Shown here in pieces: positions 53,443 through 62,941 of a stretch of 64,000 bases of DNA (its first letter is position 1; the number at the start of each line of letters is the position of its first letter). The notes below the pieces were generated by a model. The model searched no databases. It worked only from the letters and a program-made list of their open reading frames with translations, and was not told the origin of the DNA. Position numbers and translations under genes: made by a program. Origin of the DNA: a virus (lineage: Duplodnaviria; Heunggongvirae; Uroviricota; Caudoviricetes); IMG/VR virus record IMGVR_UViG_3300042987_001724. The stretch is one strand, 5' to 3'.

Positions 53443-53736
53443 ATGAGTTTGACTTTCGCTATCGACTTCGACGACACGTTGACCGCCTGCCCGGAGATCT
53501 GGTGCAGGTTCATCGCAGACGCGGAGTCAAACGGCCATCGCGTATTTCTGGTGACCGCCCGCAGGGAGACAGAGGAAAACGTCGAGATCGTCCGTGAGTT
53601 CATGAAGGAACACGGAATATCTCTTCCCCGGCTGTTCACGAATCTCGGATCGAAGCTGAAGGCGGCAGAGCTTCGCGGCATCAAGGTTGATATCTGGATC
53701 GACGACAACCCGGAGGCACTCGTTCATGGGCACTAA
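53443..53736 (+). CDS. HAD-superfamily phosphatase-like small protein
   Basis: Motif I AIDFDDTL (DxDxT) and motif IV-like IWIDDNPE. Preceded by a 51-aa TM peptide ORF (~53291..53446). Confidence 0.55.
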   Translation: MSLTFAIDFDDTLTACPEIWCRFIADAESNGHRVFLVTARRETEENVEIVREFMKEHGISLPRLFTNLGSKLKAAELRGIKVDIWIDDNPEALVHGH

Positions 53737-53935
53737 TCAACCGACAAGACGGAGTTGATGGAATGGAAATCCTGAAATGCAGTTGCGGCAACGAAATGTA
53801 TCCAAGCCAGCAGAACAGCCGGGACCACACCGGCAAGAAGCTGGTGAAACCGATCTGCAAGGATTGTTTTGAGCGTGGGGTGCGATCGTCAGTGCTGACG
53901 AAACCACGGATGGCAAGTTTAACTTCGGAGTCGCG

Positions 53936-54145
53936 GTGATGAGCGATCAAGACGACATGAGGAAGATTGCTGGCGAGTGGATGGAGGCTCGCGACATCAT
54001 TGCTCAGGCTTTGCTGGACATGGGAGGCGTTCCGGGGGCCGTCGATCATAACGCCGCAGCGATCATTGCGAGGCTGGCTCACGCTGGCATCCTTCTGGAG
54101 AAGACAGAAGAAGATGTTCAACAAATCGGAGTTCGTAATGAGTAG
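53936..54145 (+). CDS. hypothetical small protein
   Basis: 69-aa ORF. A possible 58-aa Zn-ribbon ORF (~53762..53938) precedes it. Confidence 0.4.
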   Translation: MMSDQDDMRKIAGEWMEARDIIAQALLDMGGVPGAVDHNAAAIIARLAHAGILLEKTEEDVQQIGVRNE

Positions 54146-54350
54146 TCGAAAGAATCAATTCGTAGCCCCCAAGAAGGCTCCAGACGGAACGATGGGCGAC
54201 CTGCGAAGGCATTGTGAGTTCTTCGCGATGCGGGCACTTGACGAGAAAGACATGCAGTTCCTGTCGCACCTGTACCGCACCATCTACATCAGCGGCGGAA
54301 AGGTCGCGATCTCGTCAAACGGGGATGAAAGCCAGACGTACAACTTCTGA
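54138..54350 (+). CDS. hypothetical small protein
   Basis: MSSRKNQFVAPKK.. ATGA-coupled. Confidence 0.4.
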   Translation: MSSRKNQFVAPKKAPDGTMGDLRRHCEFFAMRALDEKDMQFLSHLYRTIYISGGKVAISSNGDESQTYNF

Positions 54351-54441
54351 TATCGGTTCAACAACTCGGTGTTTCACAGCCGCAACAGCGCCTAACGGTC
54401 CTGACTGCGGCTTTTTTGTTTCCATCACAGGGGGTCAGATT

Positions 54442-54852
54442 ATGAGCAATGACAAGGGGCAGAAGCAGCCAACGGTTCAGGAACTCCAAGCGGAGGTGAA
54501 GCGACTGAACGAACGGCTCGAAGGCGCGGCGGTGAAGTTCGAACTGAAAGAGAAACTGACGCGACTTATTCTCCGGACGATCCCGCGACACTCGCTCTAC
54601 GGTGCTCGGTGGGAAATGGCGGAGACGTTCACGCTTCCGGAAATCGATGTCGTGATCGAATACATGAAATCGGTTCTGCCGGACGAACGAAACCTTCTCG
54701 ACGCCTACCGCCCAGAGTTCATCGCCCATCGTGAGGCATTCGATGCCAAGGCGAAGCTCGACGCGGAATTGGCGGAGCAGAAAGCAAGCGAACCGGCGCC
54801 AATCAAGGCTCCGGTTCTGGATGTTCGGCCAGCGGTAATCGGCACGCCCTAA
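54442..54852 (+). CDS. hypothetical coiled-coil protein
   Basis: GGGGG RBS before MSNDKGQKQPTVQELQAEVKRLNERLE. Confidence 0.45.
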   Translation: MSNDKGQKQPTVQELQAEVKRLNERLEGAAVKFELKEKLTRLILRTIPRHSLYGARWEMAETFTLPEIDVVIEYMKSVLPDERNLLDAYRPEFIAHREAFDAKAKLDAELAEQKASEPAPIKAPVLDVRPAVIGTP

Positions 54853-55223
54853 AACACGGTTTCGATTATCGAACCGTTGAGATCGTCAACAACCGCCAGA
54901 ACATCGTTTGTGATCCTTGCCGCCGTCTCGATGTGTTCGTGATCCGGGGCATCCTTGCCGGGGCACTGTAGCCGCTTTTCGAGGTCAAACAAACGGCGGA
55001 TCGCTTGACGCAGGCGAACAGACATCAATCGCGATGTTTCCGATGTCGGTGTATGCGGCGACTTGTCATCAAACCGGTCAACGACTTGACCAGCGGAGAC
55101 GTTTATCGTTCGTCCCTCACCGAGAACTTCGATATTGAGGTTCTGAATACTGGCACATTGGACGGTTGATCCGGGGACAATTTTAACCTCGTCTCCAACT
55201 TTCGGCCAATCGTTGTTCGCCAT
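54849..55223 (-). CDS. hypothetical protein
   Basis: Start at MANNDWPKVGDEVKIV after a GGAGAA RBS. Confidence 0.4.
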   Translation of the reverse strand: MANNDWPKVGDEVKIVPGSTVQCASIQNLNIEVLGEGRTINVSAGQVVDRFDDKSPHTPTSETSRLMSVRLRQAIRRLFDLEKRLQCPGKDAPDHEHIETAARITNDVLAVVDDLNGSIIETVF

Positions 55224-55246
55224 CGTCGCCGTTCTCCGCTTAAATC

Positions 55247-55777
55247 TCAATGAAAACCATACTGCTGTCGTGCATAGTGCATTCTTCGCAGTTCGTTCGA
55301 CCATCGGTGTAGATTGTCCTGCCCGATCAGCTTTATGAATCCGATCTGAACGAGAAGCGATGCGTCAATCGCCGATTCCAGAATCCAGCAAGCGAACCGC
55401 GATTCTCCCAAAACTACCAACCGAACATTCATCGTTACCTGATTGTATTCCCTGCGATTCGGCCCCGGACCACTCATTGGATCGTCGAACTCGCTGGATG
55501 GAAGGATCACTGAAAGATTCAGCCACGGGCGATTCGTTTTCGTTGGATCTACATCAACGTAACCGACAAGCGTCATGTCACTCAGACGAACATCGAACAG
55601 ATTGCGGATGGTTTTCTCGATGCGACCAAGCCCCACTGGACGCAGCCAATACTCGTCATCTTTCGTGTAGGTGACGAACTTGCTGCGGGAAACCGGCGGA
55701 TGCCATGTTTCGTCAAACAGCCCGTGGGTTTGCATTGGCTTAATGGCTGCTGGACGTGCTGATACTGATGTCGTCAT
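55247..55777 (-). CDS. hypothetical protein
   Basis: 176-aa ORF. Confidence 0.45.
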   Translation of the reverse strand: MTTSVSARPAAIKPMQTHGLFDETWHPPVSRSKFVTYTKDDEYWLRPVGLGRIEKTIRNLFDVRLSDMTLVGYVDVDPTKTNRPWLNLSVILPSSEFDDPMSGPGPNRREYNQVTMNVRLVVLGESRFACWILESAIDASLLVQIGFIKLIGQDNLHRWSNELRRMHYARQQYGFH

Positions 55778-56022
55778 TGTTCGGCCAGTTTTTCAAACGT
55801 GACTCGATACCCCATCGCTTCCGCCAGAGACAGGACTGTTGTTACATGAAGGTTGTCGCGGCTTCGCTTCAAGAATCGGTAAACACTGGCGTTGTCGACT
55901 CCAGCGCCCTCGCAGATCTCCGGGATGCTACGATCGTCCGCTTCGAAGAGTTTGTAGAGGTCTTCCCGCAGATCTTCGATCAATGGGGTGGCAGTTGTCA
56001 TAATCAGGTCGGATGCACTCAT
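55774..56022 (-). CDS. HTH (XRE/Cro-like) transcriptional regulator
   Basis: IPEICEGAGVDNASVYRFLKRSRDNLHVTTVLSLAEAMG is a helix-turn-helix. Confidence 0.55.
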   Translation of the reverse strand: MSASDLIMTTATPLIEDLREDLYKLFEADDRSIPEICEGAGVDNASVYRFLKRSRDNLHVTTVLSLAEAMGYRVTFEKLAEQ

Positions 56023-56265
56023 GCTGCCCTCACCTAGTTTACTGGTTCAAGAAAATCAAATGTCACACGGCGGACAATTCGATGGCGATCCAAATCGACG
56101 ATGCGAGATTGACAGACATGGCCCCGGTTTCGTCTCGCCACATCAAGACAATCCGATGACAAGTCTGGACAATCCACCCACACGCCCATGTCATTTCGCT
56201 TCTGCACAATCCACCGCACGGAGCACGCAGACAGCTTTTCTACGCTTGAAACGTCCATCTCAGCC

Positions 56266-56535
56266 TCACCCATTTGTTGCGTCCGAAAACCGCTTCACTG
56301 CCTCGACCGTCGTGTAAACCTTGCCGCCCTGCCTGTACCATTCCAGATAGGCCCGGCCACCGTTGACGTCTCTGGCCCCTCGCTGACGCCAGTTGTAGAT
56401 GTCGGACATCGAAGCCGGGACGGCAAACAGCTTCCCGGCGTTCTTCAGAAGGACTGGCGTTTCAGTCCGAACCTGATCGGGCGTCAGGATGTTGCTTTTC
56501 TTCGCCAGTTTCTTGACAACACGCTTTTTCTTCAT
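56266..56535 (-). CDS. hypothetical basic small protein
   Basis: Start MKKKRVVKKLAKK... The 5' extension in the track is implausible. Confidence 0.4.
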   Translation of the reverse strand: MKKKRVVKKLAKKSNILTPDQVRTETPVLLKNAGKLFAVPASMSDIYNWRQRGARDVNGGRAYLEWYRQGGKVYTTVEAVKRFSDATNG

Positions 56536-56670
56536 AGTTAAAACTTCGCATAGGGATGAGCGACTGGACATCGCACGGAGTTGTCGGGCTGCATCTGGAC
56601 GAAGCATTCCCATGCCAACGTCGGAATCCCCCAAGTGTGCGGCGGGTTCGTTTGAAGCCACGCCGATACG

Positions 56671-56953
56671 TCACTGAATGGGTTGATCATTGCTTGCCGC
56701 TTCCTTGTGTTTCCCAATGTCGCGAAGTTTCTCGGCAACAAAGTTCATAACGTCATCCGCCATGAATGGAAGTGCGTTCGGCTCAACTTGGATCTTGCGG
56801 ACGGAAATAAAGAGGCTCAGCATGGCATATACCAGCGACAGCAACTCAACCGGGGCAGATCCGTCGAATTCGACAGCGTCAATCACATCAATCGCCCGCT
56901 GCTTGGCAAGATTGTGAGTCTCCACATACCTTTTGAGCATCGCGTCGTCCATC
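56671..56953 (-). CDS. hypothetical small protein
   Basis: Start MMDDAMLKRYVETHNLAKQ.. Confidence 0.4.
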
Positions 56954-57592
56954 ATCAAGCCCCCTTCGGCATCAAATACACAGAAACACCAGACACTGAC
57001 GAAACCCGGTGATCGCTCAGGTTCCACAATTCTTTTCGGCGAGGTTCGAGAATGTCGCAGAACACGCTAACCAGCCGTGTCCCAGACACCTTTTCAGGGA
57101 AAACCCCGGTCGACAGGCTCCACTCTTCCAGTTTCATCCCATCCTCGCTTTTAGCATCTCGTCAGCCATGTCGTATGCCTGATTGGCGATTTCATCAAAA
57201 AACAAACACTCACCATCGCGACACGGGCGAGCCATCTCCCCCTGCATGAACTTCGCTGCGAAGTAGTCGCGAATCGTGATTCCGAGTTCGAATCCTTTCG
57301 CGTCATTGGGGCAAGGAAACGCCGGTAATTCTCCGGCCAATACGTGTTCTTGTGGCGACTCACTCACGATGAAGCTCTCCTTTGTTCGACTCAAACCCTG
57401 ATGACCGTGGATCGGGGCCAACCATCAGGTGTTGGCGAAATGAACCTGTTTCCCATCGCTCTCACGGATCACGAACGGAATTGGCTACTCACATGAATTT
57501 TCGCCGGGAATCCGCGTCCCCGAGAAGATTCTAGTAAACTTCCTAAGGGTAGTCAATTCAAGCAAAACTCGTAATCTCCCACAATCTTCTGA

Positions 57593-59023
57593 TTGTTCAC
57601 GTCGCGGGGTTTCACATCTTCGCGGACGATGACCGACATGAAGGTCACCAAAGACATCATTCGAGCAGCCGAGTATCGACCGAATCCGCACAACCGCGAT
57701 TTCGTCGTGCCGGTAACCGTTGAGACGCTCGACCATTGGGCCGACACCTTCAACAAGATGAAAGAGGCTGGCATCGGGGTTCCCGTCCCTTGGGAGCACC
57801 CACCGGCAACTGATCCTCACACCAATCCAATCGAGTGGAGTAAGCGGCGCGATGGCGATCCGCGAAACAACGCCGGTTGGGTTGAAAGCATCTACCGGGA
57901 TGGCGACACGCTGATGGCGGTGCTCGACGTTCCTGATGAGTGCGGTAAATCGCTGGTCGAGCGTGGTTGTTATGTCTCCCCGAAATTTGGCGGGACATGG
58001 AACGACAGTCTTGACCGGAAATGGGTGAACCCAATCCATCACATCGCACTGACGACGAAGCCAGTGGCGGTAAATCAATCCCGAGAATTCAAGCCGGTCG
58101 ACGCGACGTTAGCGTTCTCCCGAGCCATGTGTTTTTCAACGACCGCGTGGGACGAAAGTTCCGAATGGTCGCAACCCGGAGACGACGAAATGCCGGATAC
58201 CCCAGAAGTCAGCGAAGCCATTCAACGATTGCTTGAGAATCCTGACGTCCTCGCTGCTGCTGCCGAAAAACTGCGAATGACTCACGAATTCTCGGCGACG
58301 TTTGCACCAAACCCCGGCGCGCCCGGCGGAATCCCGAACGCTCAACCTGATCCATACGCCGCCGCTCCAGAACAGGAGCCAGATGGCGACGAAGGCAACG
58401 ATACAAACGCACTGGCGATCTGTATGCAGGTCTTGCATGCGGTGAATCAGGCGTCCGCAGAAGGCATGAAGGCTCTTGCCAAAATGCACGGCGTCAATGT
58501 CGGTGACGATGATGACGGCGATGACGACAGCCAGTATGCCCCGCCACCATCGGCCCCCGCCGCTCCGGTTACGGCAACTCCAGCCGTTGTCAGTATGAGC
58601 CGCGATGGCGATTACGAACACGAGTTCAGCCGCGAAGAGTTTGACCACCTCCGAGTTCTCAATGCTGCAATGGCAAACAAGCTGACGCGACTTGAGCAGG
58701 CCGGACTGGTTGGACGTGCGGAAGCCCTGTTTGATTCCGGTCGATGCACTCGACCAGAAGTCGATGCCATTAAGGATCGGATCGGCAAGTATGAGTTCAG
58801 CCGACAGTCCGAACCCGACAACGTCCTGTTGGTTCGCGAACTGGAGATCTACGAAAAGCTCCCCGAAGGAGCCGCTGTCAAGTCCCCAGAATCCACGACA
58901 CAGTTTAGCCGACCGGCGACATCCAGCCGAGACGAGTCATTCCTGAGCGGCAGCGACATCAGCGACGAGCGTGCCGACCAGATCCTCGCCGAAGAATACC
59001 GATTGCCGAAAAAGACGGCCTGA
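57593..59023 (+). CDS. putative scaffolding protein (possibly protease-scaffold fusion), carries four (E/Q)FS(R/A) sites
   Basis: Sits just upstream of the decoration-like and capsid genes. Globular N-terminal ~170 aa, an Ala/Asp-rich middle, then HEFSATF, HEFSREEF, YEFSRQSEP and TQFSRPAT spaced through the C-terminal half. Preceded by GTAAACTTCC. Confidence 0.5.
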   Translation: MFTSRGFTSSRTMTDMKVTKDIIRAAEYRPNPHNRDFVVPVTVETLDHWADTFNKMKEAGIGVPVPWEHPPATDPHTNPIEWSKRRDGDPRNNAGWVESIYRDGDTLMAVLDVPDECGKSLVERGCYVSPKFGGTWNDSLDRKWVNPIHHIALTTKPVAVNQSREFKPVDATLAFSRAMCFSTTAWDESSEWSQPGDDEMPDTPEVSEAIQRLLENPDVLAAAAEKLRMTHEFSATFAPNPGAPGGIPNAQPDPYAAAPEQEPDGDEGNDTNALAICMQVLHAVNQASAEGMKALAKMHGVNVGDDDDGDDDSQYAPPPSAPAAPVTATPAVVSMSRDGDYEHEFSREEFDHLRVLNAAMANKLTRLEQAGLVGRAEALFDSGRCTRPEVDAIKDRIGKYEFSRQSEPDNVLLVRELEIYEKLPEGAAVKSPESTTQFSRPATSSRDESFLSGSDISDERADQILAEEYRLPKKTA

Positions 59024-59074
59024 GTTCACGAAGTTTCCAGACACATTCCAGTTTTGATATCCGCATAGGAGTTA

Positions 59075-59893
59075 GTGATGACTTATCCCGGCTTTTCGAC
59101 CAGCACCCCCGGCAACACCGACGCGAGATTCAGTCTGGAAAACGATAGCTTTTTCCAGAGCAATTACCTGAATGATCCGATTTACGATCCTTTGGGCCAG
59201 ATCGACTCCACCGCAGTTGACAGCACCCATACCAGCTACACGGCACAGCTTCGCGTCGGTCTGGTCATGGCTCGCCTGACGAGCGGCGGAAACTGGGTTG
59301 ACTACGATCCGACCGCGAATGATGGTAGCCAGATCGCTGCCGGTATTCTCGCCAAGGAAGTCATCCTCACCGATCCGACCACGGGAAGCTCGCAGACTCG
59401 CCAAGGCATCATCGCCGTCAGTGGGAAAGTGAAATCCGCCACCGGCAAACTGATCGGCTTGGATCAGATGGCTCGCATGCAGTTGCGACAGGCCGGATTC
59501 ATTTTCGACGACGCCTCGACGAACCCAGCCCCAGTCGAACCATTCGTGGGAACGCGAACCGTCACCGGCGACACCACACTGACCTCTGCTGATTACGGAA
59601 AGCTCGTTGTCGCCAACGGCTCCGGCTCCACAAACCTGACCCTGCCAGCACTCGCAAACGGCGCCGTAATCGAAGCCCTGAACGCGGTGAACCAGAACAT
59701 GGTCATCACGTCCGCCGAAGGCACGAACATCGTTGTTGTGAACAGTCTGGCAGCTTCCAGCCTGACGTTCTCGACGTCTAGCATGAAGATCGGCGCCCGT
59801 GTGAAGCTGGTCGGAATGTACGTCGGAAGCACCCTGAAGTGGGTTGCCTCATTCCCCGGAACCGGCGGCACGCAAACCTGCACCGTTGCCTGA
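59075..59893 (+). CDS. putative capsid decoration/accessory protein
   Basis: Position between scaffold and major capsid genes, in the lambda D-E arrangement. Beta-rich Thr/Ser/Ala/Val composition. Confidence 0.4.
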   Translation: MMTYPGFSTSTPGNTDARFSLENDSFFQSNYLNDPIYDPLGQIDSTAVDSTHTSYTAQLRVGLVMARLTSGGNWVDYDPTANDGSQIAAGILAKEVILTDPTTGSSQTRQGIIAVSGKVKSATGKLIGLDQMARMQLRQAGFIFDDASTNPAPVEPFVGTRTVTGDTTLTSADYGKLVVANGSGSTNLTLPALANGAVIEALNAVNQNMVITSAEGTNIVVVNSLAASSLTFSTSSMKIGARVKLVGMYVGSTLKWVASFPGTGGTQTCTVA

Positions 59894-59914
59894 TTTTTGT
59901 TTTGATTTCACAAA

Positions 59915-59935
59915 AAGTGGAAGTTGGGTTGCAAC
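59915..59935 (+). promoter_or_regulatory. perfect 8-bp stem hairpin GGAAGTTG-ggttg-CAACTTCC upstream of capsid gene
   Basis: Inverted repeat ~30 nt upstream of the capsid start. It contains the recurrent GGAAGTT/AACTTCC element in both orientations. Confidence 0.45.
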
Positions 59936-59961
59936 TTCCAAAGTTACTCAGGAGTTGATAA

Positions 59962-61119
59962 ATGACTGACGCTTCATTGGCCGAACTGCTCTCAACGAAA
60001 ATGACCGCTCGCGCGGTGACGCAAGTTGCGGCCACCACGTCAGAGTTGCTCAATTTCTTCGGGTTCCAAGGGAACGATTCCAAGACGGATGGACGCAATG
60101 TCCGCCGCGTTGGACACCGAACCGTCGGATACGACATCTTCAACGATGCTCGTACCGTTGGCTCCGGTCGCGCCCCCGGAACCTCCGCTGGAACGATCCG
60201 CCGGAACCCGGTTGGTCGCGTCGAAGTCACGTTCCCTCGCATGTACGAAAAGCTGCCGCTGCTCCACGATGAGTTGCACAACTTCCGTAAGATCGGCGGA
60301 CCGTCGAACGAATACGACGAAGCTGGCAAAGACTACATCATGAAGCAGCAGCGGTATCTCGGCCAGCGTGCCGCGAACTTCCGGTTGCTGCTGGTTGCCG
60401 GGATGATGCGAGGCGGTGCCCTGTACGGTCACGTCAGCGGTGATGACATCTATTACGACTTCACGTCGAGTGGTGCCGCATTCACCGTGGACTGGAAGAT
60501 GCCAGCCGGAAACAAGACGAATCTGAACATGACGGGCAGCGGGGCGATCATCGACACCCTCTGGTCCGATGCTTCGGCGGATATCCCACTGCACTTGGCG
60601 AAGATCAACGCCGCATTCCAGTATCTGGCTGGAACGAGCTTGAAGAACATCATCATCAACTCGACGACTTGGCAGTACATCATCAACAACACGAAGGTCC
60701 AGAAGCAAGCCGGTACTTCGGCAACGCCATTCGAAACCTTCAAGCGAGATGTCGGCATGGGTGCCAATGGTCGGCCACTGACCGTTCAGCACGCAACGCT
60801 GCGAGCCTGCCCATTCTTCGACTTCATGATTACGGACGCGGTGATCGAAGTCGGCCCACTCGGCAATACCTCGACGGTAAAGCTGGTGCCAGATGGATAC
60901 GCTTGGTTCGGTCCTGAACCAGACAGCAACATTTGCGAAATGCTGCTCGGTTCGGAGCCTGTCAACGAAGGCTACGGCAAAAACACCAGCGTCCAGTACG
61001 GTGCCTACGCTTGGACGAAGGAAGTTGACGATCCCGCCGGGGTCTTCATGTATAGCCTCGATAACGCCCTTCCGGCGTGGTACATCCCGAACGCTTCGGC
61101 GTGGGGAACGATCGCCTGA
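59962..61119 (+). CDS. major capsid protein (lambda gpE-like by context and composition)
   Basis: 385 aa, positioned after the scaffold and decoration genes and followed by a strong intrinsic terminator. No internal EFSR sites. Its glycine-rich segments resemble E-family capsid proteins. Confidence 0.6.
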   Translation: MTDASLAELLSTKMTARAVTQVAATTSELLNFFGFQGNDSKTDGRNVRRVGHRTVGYDIFNDARTVGSGRAPGTSAGTIRRNPVGRVEVTFPRMYEKLPLLHDELHNFRKIGGPSNEYDEAGKDYIMKQQRYLGQRAANFRLLLVAGMMRGGALYGHVSGDDIYYDFTSSGAAFTVDWKMPAGNKTNLNMTGSGAIIDTLWSDASADIPLHLAKINAAFQYLAGTSLKNIIINSTTWQYIINNTKVQKQAGTSATPFETFKRDVGMGANGRPLTVQHATLRACPFFDFMITDAVIEVGPLGNTSTVKLVPDGYAWFGPEPDSNICEMLLGSEPVNEGYGKNTSVQYGAYAWTKEVDDPAGVFMYSLDNALPAWYIPNASAWGTIA

Positions 61120-61142
61120 TGCGGCCTGAATGACTGATGCCC

Positions 61143-61190
61143 GAGCGGGGCGGGTTCCACAGCCCGTCCCGCTTTTTGTTTCAACACGGG
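61143..61190 (+). terminator. rho-independent terminator after capsid gene
   Basis: GAGCGGGGCGGG-ttccacag-CCCGTCCCGCT forms an 11-bp GC-rich stem with one G-U pair. It is followed by TTTTTGTTT. Confidence 0.7.
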
Positions 61191-61199
61191 GAGAATGGG

Positions 61200-61532
61200 A
61201 TGCTGGGGCAGATCGGACAGATTGACAATTTGGATGACCGGAAGCAAATCAAGATTCTGCTGGACAATCTGACGGAAACTCAACGTCTGGCTTGGCTTCA
61301 ACAATGTTTGAACCTGTCACCAGTGAATATCGCGAATCCGGGGTCGGTGACGGTGAGCAGGACCGGGAAGATCGGGAAGTATGACACCAATCAGTTCCCG
61401 TGGGGTTCCGTTGAGCAAGTCTATTTCGATTTCGCTTCGGCGGTGACCGGGTTTGGTGTGCCGCTGAAGAAATGCTTGGAAAACCTTGAACTGATGGTGA
61501 GCCGTATCGGTCGGAAAAAGGTGCTGGTGTGA
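61200..61532 (+). CDS. hypothetical head-completion-region protein
   Basis: GGGGAGAA RBS before MLGQIGQIDNLDD.. The ORF track start at 61137 lies inside the terminator. Confidence 0.4.
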   Translation: MLGQIGQIDNLDDRKQIKILLDNLTETQRLAWLQQCLNLSPVNIANPGSVTVSRTGKIGKYDTNQFPWGSVEQVYFDFASAVTGFGVPLKKCLENLELMVSRIGRKKVLV

Positions 61533-62041
61533 CGAATCCGTATTGTTCGGCCACTGATGTCACGACGTATATCGGTTCATGTGCGATGCCGCAGGTGACA
61601 ACCGGCGATCCGACATCCGTGACCACGGACACCGCATTCATCGCCTACGCAATCAACGCTGCCGACGCAGAAATCGATTCGCATCTGGTTCATCAATACG
61701 ATTTAGAAGTTACCCATGCACTGCATCCTGACTGGCTGCGACACACCAGTGCCATCATCGCGGCGGTCTGGATCTTTCGCAGCGGCCAGAACGGGACCAT
61801 TCCGCCGGGCCTTCAGGCGTGGTTTGACGAGCGCATGCAGGCGTTGCAGTCGATCGGAGAAGGGAAACGGCAGATTCCGGGCGTCAACGTGAAAGCAGAT
61901 CCGGGGGTTTCGATGTCGAACCTCCGCCACGATCAGCGACCAGCCGACAAGAAGATCAGAACAATGCCTTGGCTCAACACCGGGGATCAGAACAGCACAC
62001 AAGTCCGTAGCATCGACCTCAATCCACCGTTTGCACTATGA
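61529..62041 (+). CDS. putative head-tail connector/adaptor protein
   Basis: N-terminus MTNPYCSATDVTTYIG.. resembles gp6-like head-tail connector N-termini. Gene-order context. ATGA-coupled. Confidence 0.4.
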   Translation: MTNPYCSATDVTTYIGSCAMPQVTTGDPTSVTTDTAFIAYAINAADAEIDSHLVHQYDLEVTHALHPDWLRHTSAIIAAVWIFRSGQNGTIPPGLQAWFDERMQALQSIGEGKRQIPGVNVKADPGVSMSNLRHDQRPADKKIRTMPWLNTGDQNSTQVRSIDLNPPFAL

Positions 62042-62601
62042 GTCAGTTAGCACTACGCGCCGCGATCAGAGACGCAATCAGGACGGAATACAGCCTGAAG
62101 GATTGCCAGTGCATGGTCATGGATGCCGACGGACAGCCTCCGCAGAGTGCATCGCCACTGTTCGTTGCCGTGCATCCGGGGGCTTGGCGGCGAGCATCGC
62201 AGTGGAAAGGCGGTCCGCTGTTTGATGAGGAACTCGGATTCCGGGTAACAGTCAGTGTCCAGAACTCTGGGGTTCAGCCTCAGAATTATGGGGAATGGTA
62301 TCTGCAAAACGCAGTGCCACTTGGAACATGCGGGGCCGGTCTGGAGTCGTTTTGCCGTGCCATTGCGGTGTTCCTGCATGACAACGACAGCATTATGTGC
62401 GGACTCGAAACGGCGACGGGAAACGAAGGCCAGTATTCCGGCGGTGTTTTTTTTCAAGACGGCGGGATGGCAGTTGAAAGAACTGCGGATTGGTGGAGAA
62501 GTAATCCCGCCAGCAAGACCAGTAACCCACCGATCGGATTGTCTCAGACGATGACGTTTGACGGTGTAAGACGAACTCAGTTATCAGGAACGGCGACATG
62601 A
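62038..62601 (+). CDS. hypothetical virion-module protein
   Basis: 187-aa ORF in the coupled structural series. Confidence 0.4.
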   Translation: MSQLALRAAIRDAIRTEYSLKDCQCMVMDADGQPPQSASPLFVAVHPGAWRRASQWKGGPLFDEELGFRVTVSVQNSGVQPQNYGEWYLQNAVPLGTCGAGLESFCRAIAVFLHDNDSIMCGLETATGNEGQYSGGVFFQDGGMAVERTADWWRSNPASKTSNPPIGLSQTMTFDGVRRTQLSGTAT

Positions 62602-62930
62602 TCAATCAAACCCCTCGAAAAGTATTCGTTCATTTGCAGGTCGCCAATCCAGATGGTGCCGTGAAATCGGAATTCATGAACTACCATGTCGCCTGCGATC
62701 CGAAATCATCGATCCCGGAAAGCTGGTCTCCCGTCGCGTCCGTTGTGACGTGCCCGCTATGTCTGGAGTCCGCAGATTACGCGGAGATCGTCGCGGAGCA
62801 GTCTCACGCTTCATCCGCTGACCGCAAGGCTCACGAGCACGCCGCCGCGAAAACAGCCAAGGCGGCAGAACCCGCCAAGGAACCAGAAACGGTTCCAGAA
62901 CCAGAAGAAACCAAACCTCCCGCAGAATAA
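62598..62930 (+). CDS. hypothetical protein with Ala/Lys/Glu/Pro-rich tail
   Basis: 110-aa ORF. Confidence 0.4.
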   Translation: MINQTPRKVFVHLQVANPDGAVKSEFMNYHVACDPKSSIPESWSPVASVVTCPLCLESADYAEIVAEQSHASSADRKAHEHAAAKTAKAAEPAKEPETVPEPEETKPPAE

Positions 62931-62941
62931 GGAACTCCACT

